Both the position numbers and the translations under genes were made by a program. The notes under the pieces are model-generated. The model did no database searches and had not been told where the DNA came from. It saw only the letters and a list, made by a program, of their open reading frames with translations. Of a DNA stretch of 64,000 nucleotides, positions 46,501 through 56,495 are shown in pieces; the stretch's first letter is position 1; every line of letters starts with the position of its first letter. The DNA comes from Pseudomonadota bacterium (GTDB lineage Bacteria > Pseudomonadota > Alphaproteobacteria > UBA2136 > JASBTF01), in the NCBI GenBank assembly GCA_030148545.1, contig JASBTF010000003.1, positions 250 through 64,249 of the forward strand. Direction: 5' to 3'.

Positions 46501-46821
46501 GTGAGTGTGACAAACACAACCGATACAAATTTTGAGCAAGATGTACTGCAAGCTGGCACTCCTGTGTTGGTAGACTTTTGGGCAGAATGGTGTGGCCCAT
46601 GTAAGCAAGTTGCCCCAGTATTGGACGAGCTAGCAACCGAAATGGGTGACAATGTAAAAATTGTTAAAGTGAATATTGATGAAAACCCAGAAACGCCTGT
46701 TAAATACGGTGTGCGTGGTATTCCAACCCTCATGCTGTTTAAAGACGGCGAACTGGCAGACACCAAAGTGGGCGCCTTGCCAAAAAGCCAGCTAAGCGAA
46801 TGGCTAAGTAGCCAAGCTTAA
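46501..46821 (+). CDS. trxA: Thioredoxin
   Basis: WCGPC and VRGIPTL; AGGAG RBS before GTG 46501. Confidence 0.96.
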   Translation: MSVTNTTDTNFEQDVLQAGTPVLVDFWAEWCGPCKQVAPVLDELATEMGDNVKIVKVNIDENPETPVKYGVRGIPTLMLFKDGELADTKVGALPKSQLSEWLSSQA

Positions 46822-46860
46822 GTAAGCTAAAGAACTTTAAAAGCCGCCGTTTGGTGGCTT

Positions 46861-47139
46861 TTATTTTAGGTTGTGACGTTTATCAAGTTCTTGCTTTTCG
46901 CGTATAAATTTTTCTTTTAAACGCTTTTCTACAGTAGATTTCATAACCTGTTTAACTCCGCTACTAGCTCGGTAGTAATTGGGGTTTTTATAAAGCTTGT
47001 TTAAAGCTTCAAAACGTTCTTCTGCTTGTTGCAGCTTCAGGGCACCAATATCTTTTTGGTAAGCTTTAGATGGTATTGCTGATGCAGCCAATGCTGAGAT
47101 TGGTAATATGGTAATGAGCAGTAATTTAAGGCCTAACAC
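46861..47139 (-). CDS. Small exported hypothetical protein
   Basis: Signal-peptide-like N-terminus; 92 aa. Confidence 0.45.
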   Translation of the reverse strand: MLGLKLLLITILPISALAASAIPSKAYQKDIGALKLQQAEERFEALNKLYKNPNYYRASSGVKQVMKSTVEKRLKEKFIREKQELDKRHNLK

Positions 47140-47212
47140 GCCTGTTTATGAGGCTAAGCTTTAAAAATAGTGCTTGTTAAATTGCCAGTTCTTATAAACT
47201 GACAATAGAGCA

Positions 47213-47878
47213 CTACGGATTAATAACTGGTGGTGGTGCAGGGCTCGGAATAGGCTGTGGCGCAGCAGGGTTTGGTACTCCTGGTGCTGGGTTAGGGTTA
47301 ACTCTTAAGCCATCGTCAGGCTGTGATGGCGTATTAGCAGGTGTCCAACCATTATACCTTGCTTCACATAGAGCAATAGCAGATATATCTGTCAGGTGTG
47401 CACACTGTGGTACTGTTTGTGGACCGCCAACAGCTGGTACATGAGTGCCGGTGCCTGTTGGCTCTCCTGACCCTGTGGAAGGATCATAGCCAGAGTAAGG
47501 CGTAAAACCATCGCTAGGGGTGCAGGTATCTGCTTCTCTCAATACACCAATACCATTCGGGCGTAGCGAGCTAGTTACATCGGCCATGTATTGTAAGCCG
47601 CTCTGGTAAATTTGTGGAATAGCAGTAAGTGATGTGCCAATTAAAACCATGATAATTCCCATGCTTTTACCATCACCGCTAAAGAACATAAAAGCGCCTG
47701 CCGCAGCAATAGCAATACCCAATAGCAAGCCAAGGTTACCGCTAAGTACATTTTGTACAGAGCAGTATAACTGTCGGCCATAGTCTGCACCATGTGCCGC
47801 AGCAGGGTCGGCACCAACTTGTGCAATAGCCATTGTTGAAAAACCTAAAACCAATAAAGAAAGTATTAAACGCACCAT
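47213..47878 (-). CDS. Signal peptide, TrbC/VirB2-pilin-like double-TM region and Pro-rich tail
   Basis: AIA|Q leader, two hydrophobic helices (LGLLLGIAIAAAGAFMFF; MGIIMVLIG), Cys pair and Pro-rich C-terminus. Confidence 0.55.
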   Translation of the reverse strand: MVRLILSLLVLGFSTMAIAQVGADPAAAHGADYGRQLYCSVQNVLSGNLGLLLGIAIAAAGAFMFFSGDGKSMGIIMVLIGTSLTAIPQIYQSGLQYMADVTSSLRPNGIGVLREADTCTPSDGFTPYSGYDPSTGSGEPTGTGTHVPAVGGPQTVPQCAHLTDISAIALCEARYNGWTPANTPSQPDDGLRVNPNPAPGVPNPAAPQPIPSPAPPPVINP

Positions 47879-48053
47879 ATATTTATAATGTAGGGCGCAA
47901 ATGCGGTGGACGCAAGTGCTGAGTTAGCGTATAACCTCCCGGTAAGACAGCAATTATACGGAGCCCACGTTGTGAGTGGGGCGGCATGAAGCGGATGAGC
48001 GGATTCCCCGTGGCGGCTGTGAGAGATAACAATAGATAAAGGATCAATACACC

Positions 48054-50294
48054 ATGTTTAACGTGTATTCCAAAACTGTACAGTGGGGCGGTCAAGAGCT
48101 CAAACTAGAAACTGGCCGCGTTGCTCGTCAGGCTGATGGCGCTGTGATGGCTACATACGGCAACACAACTGTGCTTGCTACAGTATGTTTTGCTAAGCAA
48201 GAACGCCCAGATATGGACTTTTTCCCACTAACCGTTAACTACCAAGAGAAATTCTACTCAGCTGGTCGTATTCCTGGTGGTTTCTTCAAGCGTGAAGGTC
48301 GCCCAACTGAGAAAGAAACACTGACAAGTCGTTTGATCGACCGTCCAATTCGTCCACTATTTACCAAAGGTTTTAAAAACGAAACTCAGGTAGTAACAAC
48401 TGTACTAAGCACTGATGGTGAGAATGATGCTGATGTTGTAGCAATGGTTGCAGCAAGTGCTGCGCTGGCTATTTCTGGTGCACCATTTATGGGCCCAATT
48501 GGTTGTGCTCGTGTAGGCTACATTAATAACGAGTTTGTTTTGAACCCAACCACTGCTCAGCGTGAAGAGAGCGCTCTGGACATGGTTGTTGCCGGTACAG
48601 ATGAAGGCGTACTGATGGTTGAATCTGAAGCGAGTGAGCTAAGCGAAGAAACCATGCTGCAAGCTGTTAACCTGGCGCATGAAGAAGGTAAAAAAGCAAT
48701 TAACGCTATTAACGAGCTGGCTAAAGAAGCTGCTAAAACGGCGTTTGAAATGCCTGCACAGCCAGATAATAGCGAGCTAGAAACTAAGCTGCGTGACCAG
48801 TTTGGTACTGCTATTACCGAAGCTTACAAAATTCAGGAAAAGCAAGCACGCCGCACTGCATTGGATGAAGTGAAAACTCAAGCTCTAACCGCTATTTGTG
48901 GTGCAGATGAAGAAGCACGCGATGCCGCTGAAGTGAAAACTGTAAGCAGCATTGTTAAAGGCCTAGAAGCTGATGTATTGCGTGGTGATGTTTTGACCAC
49001 CCAAAAACGTATTGATGGCCGTGGTACTGCCGATGTTCGCCAAATTAAGGCGGAAGTAGATGTGCTGCCAACTGTTCACGGTAGTGCTTTGTTCACCCGT
49101 GGTGAAACTCAAGCGTTGGTAGTAACCACTTTGGGTACCGGCTCTGACGAGCAAATTATTGATGCACCAACAGGTGAGTTTAAAGACCGCTTTATGCTGC
49201 ATTACAACTTCCCTCCATTTAGTGTGGGTGAAACTGGCCGTATGGGTTCACCAGGTCGCCGTGAAATTGGTCACGGCCGTTTGGCCCGTCGCGCTATTGA
49301 GCGCATGCTGCCAGATGCGGAAGAATTCCCATACACCATGCGTATTGTGAGTGAAATTACCGAATCTAACGGTTCTTCCTCCATGGCTACCGTATGTGGT
49401 ACCAGCATGGCGCTAATGGCTAGTGGTGTACCAATGGCTAAGCCAGTTGCCGGTATTGCTATGGGCTTGGTGAAAGAGAACGATGATTACGTGGTTCTTT
49501 CTGACATCATGGGTGATGAAGACCACCTAGGTGATATGGACTTTAAAGTAGCTGGTACTTCCGATGGTATTACCGCCCTGCAAATGGACATTAAAATCAC
49601 CTCTATCACCAGCTCTATTATGCAAGAGGCCTTGGCTCAAGCTAAGGATGGCCGTTTGCACATTTTGGGTAAAATGGCTGAAGCAATTACTGAAGGTCGC
49701 TCAGGTGTATCCGATACTGCTCCAGTTATGGAACGCATCCAAATTGATAAAGATAAGATCCGTGTGGTGATTGGTTCTGGTGGTAAAACTATCCGTGAAC
49801 TCGTTGAAACTACTGGCTGTACTATCGATATCGACGATGAAGGTATTGTGACTATTGCTGGTGTTGGTGAGCAGAAGGTTGAAAATGCAATTATGACCAT
49901 TGAGCGCTTACTGCAAGACCCTGAAGTTGGTGAAATGTACGAGGGTACGGTAACCAACATTGTGGACTTTGGTGCTTTTGTTAAGTTCCTACCACAGCAC
50001 GAAGGTTTGCTACACATTAGCGAGCTGGTACCAGTACGTGTTGGTAATACTACCGATATTCTGGAAGAAGGCGATACTGTACAGGTTAAAGTGGTTGGCT
50101 TTGAGCGTGGTAAAGTACGCTTGACCATGAAGGACATTCCACAAGATACACCTGTTGCTGAGCGTGTAGCTTCTGTAATTGAGCAGGGCGGTACCGCAAG
50201 CAGTGACGATAACAACGGTGGTGAGCGCAAAGAGCGTAAAGACCGTGGCGATCGTAAAAAGAGCGGTGGCCGTGGCCCACGTCGTGCTGCGTAA
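48054..50294 (+). CDS. pnp: Polyribonucleotide nucleotidyltransferase
   Basis: Motifs [36 protein letters not shown] and GDMDFKVAG; KH and S1 domains. Confidence 0.99.
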   Translation: MFNVYSKTVQWGGQELKLETGRVARQADGAVMATYGNTTVLATVCFAKQERPDMDFFPLTVNYQEKFYSAGRIPGGFFKREGRPTEKETLTSRLIDRPIRPLFTKGFKNETQVVTTVLSTDGENDADVVAMVAASAALAISGAPFMGPIGCARVGYINNEFVLNPTTAQREESALDMVVAGTDEGVLMVESEASELSEETMLQAVNLAHEEGKKAINAINELAKEAAKTAFEMPAQPDNSELETKLRDQFGTAITEAYKIQEKQARRTALDEVKTQALTAICGADEEARDAAEVKTVSSIVKGLEADVLRGDVLTTQKRIDGRGTADVRQIKAEVDVLPTVHGSALFTRGETQALVVTTLGTGSDEQIIDAPTGEFKDRFMLHYNFPPFSVGETGRMGSPGRREIGHGRLARRAIERMLPDAEEFPYTMRIVSEITESNGSSSMATVCGTSMALMASGVPMAKPVAGIAMGLVKENDDYVVLSDIMGDEDHLGDMDFKVAGTSDGITALQMDIKITSITSSIMQEALAQAKDGRLHILGKMAEAITEGRSGVSDTAPVMERIQIDKDKIRVVIGSGGKTIRELVETTGCTIDIDDEGIVTIAGVGEQKVENAIMTIERLLQDPEVGEMYEGTVTNIVDFGAFVKFLPQHEGLLHISELVPVRVGNTTDILEEGDTVQVKVVGFERGKVRLTMKDIPQDTPVAERVASVIEQGGTASSDDNNGGERKERKDRGDRKKSGGRGPRRAA

Positions 50295-50312
50295 CTGGTA
50301 GTATCACTACAC

Positions 50313-50341
50313 AAAAAGGTCTGCTTTTGCAGGCCTTTTTT
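50313..50341 (+). terminator. pnp terminator
   Basis: AAAAAGGTCTGC-TTTT-GCAGGCCTTTTTT. Confidence 0.85.
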
Positions 50342-50377
50342 ATTGACCATAACCCTTGTGTGGCGTAGGTTTTAGCT

Positions 50378-50812
50378 ATGTTCTCATTCTTGCAGTCGCG
50401 TAAGCTCAGCTTTAAATTTGGTGACCAACCTAGTCCAATTACCCTTGCTGAAGCATTAGCTGGCCGTGCCGGTACAGTTATTATGGGTAGCGAAGGCGTG
50501 CGCTTGTGGACACCAGCTAGTGGTGCTGAAGGTCAAACTTATATGGAAATGGTTTGTGATACACGCTTTGAACCACTGAGTGAAAAAACTTATGAGAAAT
50601 TTGCCGAGGCTGCACAAGGCTGTAACCTTACCGCACATGTTGTGCTCTTCCATGGTACACGCCCTGAAAAGATAGATATGGCGCTTGAGTGGTTTGATTA
50701 TGTGTTGGTACCAAGCTTTAAAATAAAGAACACAGAAAAAGATATTCTTAACCGTGTGCTGGGGTATGAACCTCAGCGCCCATTCCGCCCACGCGAAAAA
50801 AGTAATTTTTAG
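50378..50812 (+). CDS. Hypothetical protein
   Basis: 144-aa ORF that fills the gap, closely followed by the next gene; no family recognised. Confidence 0.65.
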   Translation: MFSFLQSRKLSFKFGDQPSPITLAEALAGRAGTVIMGSEGVRLWTPASGAEGQTYMEMVCDTRFEPLSEKTYEKFAEAAQGCNLTAHVVLFHGTRPEKIDMALEWFDYVLVPSFKIKNTEKDILNRVLGYEPQRPFRPREKSNF

Positions 50813-50821
50813 GAGAACATC

Positions 50822-52975
50822 ATGAAACAAGTGATTCAAAACATGCGCTCTGGTGAGCTTTCTGTTGCAGATGTGCCAGCACCGCAGTGTGGCGCTGGTG
50901 AAATACAGGTAGCGTTGGAGGCATCGCTGATTTCCGCAGGTACCGAACGTATGCTGATTGATTTTGCTAATAAATCTTTACTTGGCAAAGCCCAAGAACG
51001 CCCAGATTTGGTACGCAAAGTGATGGATAAAATGCAGCGCGATGGCCTGCAAGCCACTGTAGAGAGTGTGTTTAACCGTTTAGATGAACCACTACCGCTT
51101 GGCTATAGCGCTGCGGGTAAAGTGCTGGCTGTGGGTGAACGTGTACGCCATAAATACCAAGTTGGTGAGCGCGTAGCTGTGGCAGGCGCTGGCCTTGCTA
51201 ACCATGCAGAGGTAGTAACTGTACCGCAAAATTTAGTGGTGCCTGTGCCCGCAGAACTACCGGCTGAGCAAGCTTGTTTTGCTACGGTAAGTGCCATTGC
51301 TATGCAGGGTTTTCGTAATAGTGGTGCCGTGCTGGGTGACCGTGTGTTGGTGCTTGGCCTTGGTTTGGTTGGTCAGTTGGTATTGCAGCAAGCTGTGGCG
51401 GCTGGTTGTCGTGTTGCTGGTGCAGACTTTGATGCCGGCCGTATTAGCTTAGCGCAAGAGCAAGGCGCACACCTTACACTCAATTTGGGTAAAGGTGATG
51501 TTACCAACAGTATTGCAAGCTTTACCGATAACCGTGGCTTTGACACTGTGATTATTTGCGCTGCAACCGATAGCGATGAGCCTGTGCGTAACGCTGCGGA
51601 CTGGGCTCGAGACAAAGCTCGTATTGTGCTGGTAGGTAAAGTAGGTATTACATTGCCATATGCTGATTATATGAAGAAAGAGCTGGAGTTTGTTATCTCC
51701 CGTTCTTACGGTCCAGGCCGTTATGACGATAATTATGAGCGCCGTGGGCAGCAATATCCAGCTGGTTTTGTACCGTGGACTGAGCGCGATAATTTGGCCG
51801 AGTCTATTCGCCTTATGGCGCAAGGGCAGGTGGATGTAGCGCCAATGGTGACCCACCGTTACCCTATTGAAGAAGCTGAGGAAGCTTATGGCCTAATTAC
51901 CTCTGGCAAAGTGCCTCATTTGGGCGTGGTGCTTACCTATAACCGTGCCGTGGAAGAGCGTTTAAACCCTAAGATTAGCCTTGCCGAAGCACCGTTTGAA
52001 GCCACAGAGAGCGAGACACTAGGTATTGGTATGATTGGTGTGGGTGGCTTTTCGCGCAGCGTGTTACTGCCCAAGCTAAAGCAGCAAACAGGTACTATGC
52101 TTACTGGCATTATGAGCAAAGGTGGCATGCAAGCTGCGCATAGCGGTAAAAAATATGGTTTTGCCTATGCAGCTGGTGAAAGCGCAAGCTTGTATAACGA
52201 TGCGGAAACACATGCCGTTGTGGTTGCTACGCGCCACGATACTCATGCGCAATATGTGCAAGAAGCTTTAGGCGCTAAAAAGCACGTGTTTGTGGAAAAA
52301 CCATTGGCGATGACACTAGATGAGTTGGAAGCTGTACAAAAAGCGCACCAAAAAGCCGGTAAAGTGCTTATGGTGGGCTATAATCGTCGCTTTGCGCCAC
52401 TTACTCAGGAACTACAAACAGCATTTGCTGATCACACGGGTGCACGGCAAGTGTTTATTCGTGTTAATGCGGGGCGTTTACCTGAAGAAAATTGGCAAAA
52501 CGACCCAAGCGAGGGCGGTGGCCGCTTGATTGGTGAAGTGTGTCACTTTATTGATTTGGCTTATGCTCTAGCAGGCTCTGAGCCAACCAGCTTTGTTATT
52601 CAGCAAGGTGAGGGGCAGGATGTATTTGCTATTACCCTGAAGTTTGAGAACGGTGGCGTGGCACAAGTGTTCTACACCAGTGAGGGTGATACCAGCTTTA
52701 GTAAAGAATATGTAGAAGTTTACGGTGGCGGTAAAATTGGCGTGATTGATAACTTCCGCCTTGGGTGGGTAACCGAGAACGGCCGCAAGCGTAAACTACA
52801 CCAAGGTATTATGCCAACGCAGGATAAGGGCCATAGCGCAGAACTCGCGGCGTTTATTGCTGCTTGCCGTGGCGAACAAGAGGCACCCATTGCAGCGCAA
52901 GAGCTCTTTACTTCGGCCAAGTTGACGCTGCTAGCGCCTGAGGCGCTCAAAACTGGTACAGCATTGGAACTGTAA
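50822..52975 (+). CDS. Bi-domain oxidoreductase (MDR/Zn-binding-like plus Gfo/Idh/MocA)
   Basis: Motifs SLISAGTE, PLGYS, GLGLVG, SRSYGPGRYD, EKPLA, GYNRRF and GE.CHFID. Confidence 0.9.
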   Translation: MKQVIQNMRSGELSVADVPAPQCGAGEIQVALEASLISAGTERMLIDFANKSLLGKAQERPDLVRKVMDKMQRDGLQATVESVFNRLDEPLPLGYSAAGKVLAVGERVRHKYQVGERVAVAGAGLANHAEVVTVPQNLVVPVPAELPAEQACFATVSAIAMQGFRNSGAVLGDRVLVLGLGLVGQLVLQQAVAAGCRVAGADFDAGRISLAQEQGAHLTLNLGKGDVTNSIASFTDNRGFDTVIICAATDSDEPVRNAADWARDKARIVLVGKVGITLPYADYMKKELEFVISRSYGPGRYDDNYERRGQQYPAGFVPWTERDNLAESIRLMAQGQVDVAPMVTHRYPIEEAEEAYGLITSGKVPHLGVVLTYNRAVEERLNPKISLAEAPFEATESETLGIGMIGVGGFSRSVLLPKLKQQTGTMLTGIMSKGGMQAAHSGKKYGFAYAAGESASLYNDAETHAVVVATRHDTHAQYVQEALGAKKHVFVEKPLAMTLDELEAVQKAHQKAGKVLMVGYNRRFAPLTQELQTAFADHTGARQVFIRVNAGRLPEENWQNDPSEGGGRLIGEVCHFIDLAYALAGSEPTSFVIQQGEGQDVFAITLKFENGGVAQVFYTSEGDTSFSKEYVEVYGGGKIGVIDNFRLGWVTENGRKRKLHQGIMPTQDKGHSAELAAFIAACRGEQEAPIAAQELFTSAKLTLLAPEALKTGTALEL

Positions 52976-52979
52976 GCCT

Positions 52980-55900
52980 GTGACGGCGAACTTCATCCAC
53001 CTTAACTGCCATACCAGCTACTCCTTGCTGGAGAGCTCGATTAAGGTTGGTGACTTGGTTAAAAAAGCTGAGGAATTTGGCCAACCCGCCATTGGCATTA
53101 CCGATAGTAATAACCTGTTTGGCGCGGTGGAGGTAGCAACCAAGCTACCTGACGCCGGTATTCAACCCATTATGGGGATTCAGCTAGGCGTGCAAACCGA
53201 TGCAGGTGCATTGGGACATGTACACCTATTAACGCAAAGTGAAGCTGGTTGGCATAACCTGCTAACGCTCTCCAGCCAAGCCAGTATGGACCGTGAAGGT
53301 ACAGAAAAGCCTTTTGTAAGCGTAGAGTTTTTATGTCAGCACGCCGAAGGGCTTATTTTGCTCACAGGTGGCTTACAAACAGGCTTGTTAAGCAAGGTGT
53401 TTGACCATGCCGAGGGTGATAATTCTCCCGCTCAGCAGTTGCTAGAAACGCTGAAAAATTCTTTTACTAATCGGCTATATATTGAGATCCAGCGCCATGA
53501 TTGGCAGGATGAGTATAAGCATGAACAGCAAGCTTTAAAACTTGCAGAGCAGTTGAATTTACCGCTGGTGGCTACTAATGCACCGCATTTTATGGCGGCC
53601 GATGGCTATGGCGCGTTGCAAGTTTTACAATGTATTGGCCAAGGCTTAACGATTGATGACCCGGCTAAACGGGTGTTGAGTGGGGAGCATTATTATAAAT
53701 CTCCTGCGCAAATGCTGGAGCTATTTAGCGACTTGCCAGAGGCCTGCGCCAACACCGTAGCTATTGCTCAGCGCTGCGCACACTGGATTGAGCGTATTAG
53801 CGTTAAAGAGATGTTTATGCCCAAGTGGCCGATTGCTGAAGGTGAGGCAGATGTGCCAACGCAGCTGCGTGAGCAATCTCAGCAAGGGTTGGATGACCTG
53901 TTTGAAATGCGGGTGATACCAAGCTATCCAGGTGATACAAACTTTGAAGAATTACGTGTAAGTTACCAAAAACGTTTGGATGATGAACTAGAGCTTATCA
54001 TCAGCATGGGGTTTGATGGCTACTTTTTGATCACCTCCGACTTTATTAAATGGGCTAAAGAGCAAGATATTCCCGTAGGCCCTGGGCGTGGTAGTGGTGC
54101 TGGTTCATTAGTGGCGTGGGCGCTTTCCATTACCGATTTGGACCCTATTAAGTGGGATTTGTACTTTGAGCGCTTTTTGAACCCCGAGCGTGTAAGCCTG
54201 CCAGACTTTGACGTCGACTTTTGCCAAGAGCGCCGTGAGGAAGTGATTCAATACGTGCGTGATAAGTATGGTAACGACCACGTGGCCAATATTATCACCT
54301 TTGGTACGCTCAAGGCGCGGGCATGTATCCGTGACGTAGGCCGTGTGCTGCAAATGCCATTTGGGCAAGTAGGGCGCATTGCAGCGTTTATCCCCGATGG
54401 GCAAAATCCTCCACCAATTAGCCAAGTGCTGGAGGAAGATGAACGCCTGCGCGAGCAGTACGACACTGAGGAAGATGTAAAGCGTTTGCTAGATATGGCG
54501 CTGAAACTGGAGGGGTGTTATCGCCATGCTTCCACTCACGCGGCTGGGGTAGAAATTGCTGACCGGCCAATTATGCAGGTTTGCCCACTGTACAAGGACC
54601 CACGTACTGGGGATTTAATGACCCAATGGCCATGGATGGATGCAGAATTTGCTGGTTTGGTTAAGTTCGACTTCCTAGGGCTAAAAACGCTTTCTGTTAT
54701 TAAAATGGCGGTAGATTTGCTGAAAAAGCGCGATATTGAAGTAATCCCCGAAATGCTACCGTTTGATGATGAGCCCGTATTTGAAATGCTGCGTGCTGGG
54801 CATACGGTAGGGGTGTTCCAAATTGAATCAGCCGGTATGACCGACATGATCAAAAAAATTGCACCACAGAAAATTACTGACCTGTCGGATGCTATTGCGC
54901 TGTTCCGCCCAGGGCCCTTGGGGTCGGGCATGGTGGATGACTTGATTGAATGTCGGCATGGTCGGCAGGAGCCAAACTACCCACATGAGCTGTTACAGCC
55001 TGTGCTGGAGGAAACATTTGGGGTACCAGTGTATCAGGAGCAGGTGATGCGAATGGCGCAGGTAATGGCGGGTTACACGCTAGGTGGTGCGGACATGCTA
55101 CGTCGTGCGATGGGTAAGAAAAAACCAGCAGAAATGGCACGCCAACGTGAGATTTTTGTGGCTGGTGCTGCCGATGTAAATAATATTCCAGCCGAAAAAG
55201 CGAATGAAGTGTTTGACCTGATGGCGCACTTTGCAGGCTACGGTTTTAACAAAGCGCACACCATGGCTTATGCGGTGGTGAGTTACCAAACAGCATGGCT
55301 TAAGGCGCACCATCCGGCAGAGTTTATGGCTGCCTCCATGACATTTGACCGTGGTAATACCGATAAGTTGGTAACCTATAAGCAAGAGTTGGTGCGAATG
55401 AACATGCCGCTGTTGCCGCCAGATGTAAACCACAGCCAAGTGATGTTTGATGTTGAGCCAGCGCAAACAGAAGAAGGCGAGGATGTACTAGCCGTACGCT
55501 ATGCTTTAGCAGCTTTAAAAGGGGCAGGGACTGAAGCCATGCGCGAGTTGGTACAAGAGCGTGAGCAGAATGGTAAGTATGCCGATATTTGGGATTTAAT
55601 GGCACGCCAAAACCCTCAGGCTATGAACCGCAAACAGCTGGAAACACTTATTGCTGCTGGCGCTTTGGATAATTTTGGCCACACACGCGCTACATTGCAC
55701 GAGGCTATTCCAATTCTATTAGGCCATTGCCAAGCGGCGCATGAGCAAAAAACCAGCAACCAAATTGGCTTGTTTGGTGGAGAGGCGGTGGAGCTGCCAA
55801 CACCGCACATTGCCCAACTGGCGGAATGGGACTTGTTCACCCTGCTGGAGCATGAGCAACGTGTGCTTGGTTTTTACTTGTCGGCTCACCCGCTGGAGGC

Positions 55901-56444
55901 TTATGCAGAATCGTTAGCTAAGCAACCTGCTATTGCACCAATTAGCCAACTTACAGAGGGCTTGGGAAGTAAACCAATACAGCGCAAAGTAGCTGCTGTA
56001 GTGCTTGGGCGACGTGAGGTGAAGACTAAATCAGGTAATCGTATGGGTATTATTACGATTAGCGATACCAGTGGTCAAAACGAGATTGCCATTTTCCCTG
56101 AGACATATGCCCAGGTAGCACAGCTGCTAGATGAAAGCCAAGCACTGTGCATTCACGTTAATGCCAGTATTGACGGCGAGCGCATACGCATGAATGCAGA
56201 AGCCATTATACCTTTAGAGCAGCAACTTAAAGCCCCTAATGATTTAAACTTACAGGCTGAGAATGTAGTGGTGTTAGAACAGCTAAAAGAGCGCTTGCAA
56301 GACTTACCTGCCGGGCAAACTTGTTGCCGCATTAGCTGCCCAGTAGAGAAGGTGGGTATTATTACTTTTACATTACCGAAGAAGAAAATTGGCCAACGTG
56401 AGATATACTCGCTGCGCCATACTGAGGGTGTCATACTCAACTAG
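52980..56444 (+). CDS. dnaE: DNA polymerase III alpha subunit
   Basis: PHP domain HLNCHTSYS; GPGRGSGAGSL, PDFDVDF, KFDFLGL and YGFNKAH. Confidence 0.98.
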   Translation: MTANFIHLNCHTSYSLLESSIKVGDLVKKAEEFGQPAIGITDSNNLFGAVEVATKLPDAGIQPIMGIQLGVQTDAGALGHVHLLTQSEAGWHNLLTLSSQASMDREGTEKPFVSVEFLCQHAEGLILLTGGLQTGLLSKVFDHAEGDNSPAQQLLETLKNSFTNRLYIEIQRHDWQDEYKHEQQALKLAEQLNLPLVATNAPHFMAADGYGALQVLQCIGQGLTIDDPAKRVLSGEHYYKSPAQMLELFSDLPEACANTVAIAQRCAHWIERISVKEMFMPKWPIAEGEADVPTQLREQSQQGLDDLFEMRVIPSYPGDTNFEELRVSYQKRLDDELELIISMGFDGYFLITSDFIKWAKEQDIPVGPGRGSGAGSLVAWALSITDLDPIKWDLYFERFLNPERVSLPDFDVDFCQERREEVIQYVRDKYGNDHVANIITFGTLKARACIRDVGRVLQMPFGQVGRIAAFIPDGQNPPPISQVLEEDERLREQYDTEEDVKRLLDMALKLEGCYRHASTHAAGVEIADRPIMQVCPLYKDPRTGDLMTQWPWMDAEFAGLVKFDFLGLKTLSVIKMAVDLLKKRDIEVIPEMLPFDDEPVFEMLRAGHTVGVFQIESAGMTDMIKKIAPQKITDLSDAIALFRPGPLGSGMVDDLIECRHGRQEPNYPHELLQPVLEETFGVPVYQEQVMRMAQVMAGYTLGGADMLRRAMGKKKPAEMARQREIFVAGAADVNNIPAEKANEVFDLMAHFAGYGFNKAHTMAYAVVSYQTAWLKAHHPAEFMAASMTFDRGNTDKLVTYKQELVRMNMPLLPPDVNHSQVMFDVEPAQTEEGEDVLAVRYALAALKGAGTEAMRELVQEREQNGKYADIWDLMARQNPQAMNRKQLETLIAAGALDNFGHTRATLHEAIPILLGHCQAAHEQKTSNQIGLFGGEAVELPTPHIAQLAEWDLFTLLEHEQRVLGFYLSAHPLEAYAESLAKQPAIAPISQLTEGLGSKPIQRKVAAVVLGRREVKTKSGNRMGIITISDTSGQNEIAIFPETYAQVAQLLDESQALCIHVNASIDGERIRMNAEAIIPLEQQLKAPNDLNLQAENVVVLEQLKERLQDLPAGQTCCRISCPVEKVGIITFTLPKKKIGQREIYSLRHTEGVILN

Positions 56445-56455
56445 TTATACATATT

Positions 56456-56482
56456 AAAAAAGCGCCCGTTTGGGCGCTTTTT
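56456..56482. terminator. Bidirectional terminator
   Basis: AAAAAAGCGCCC-GTTT-GGGCGCTTTTT. Confidence 0.85.
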
Positions 56483-56495
56483 GTTGAGTTGTTGC

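Noticed and set aside
49637-50350. 237-aa minus-strand ORF
   Set aside because: Antisense shadow of pnp.
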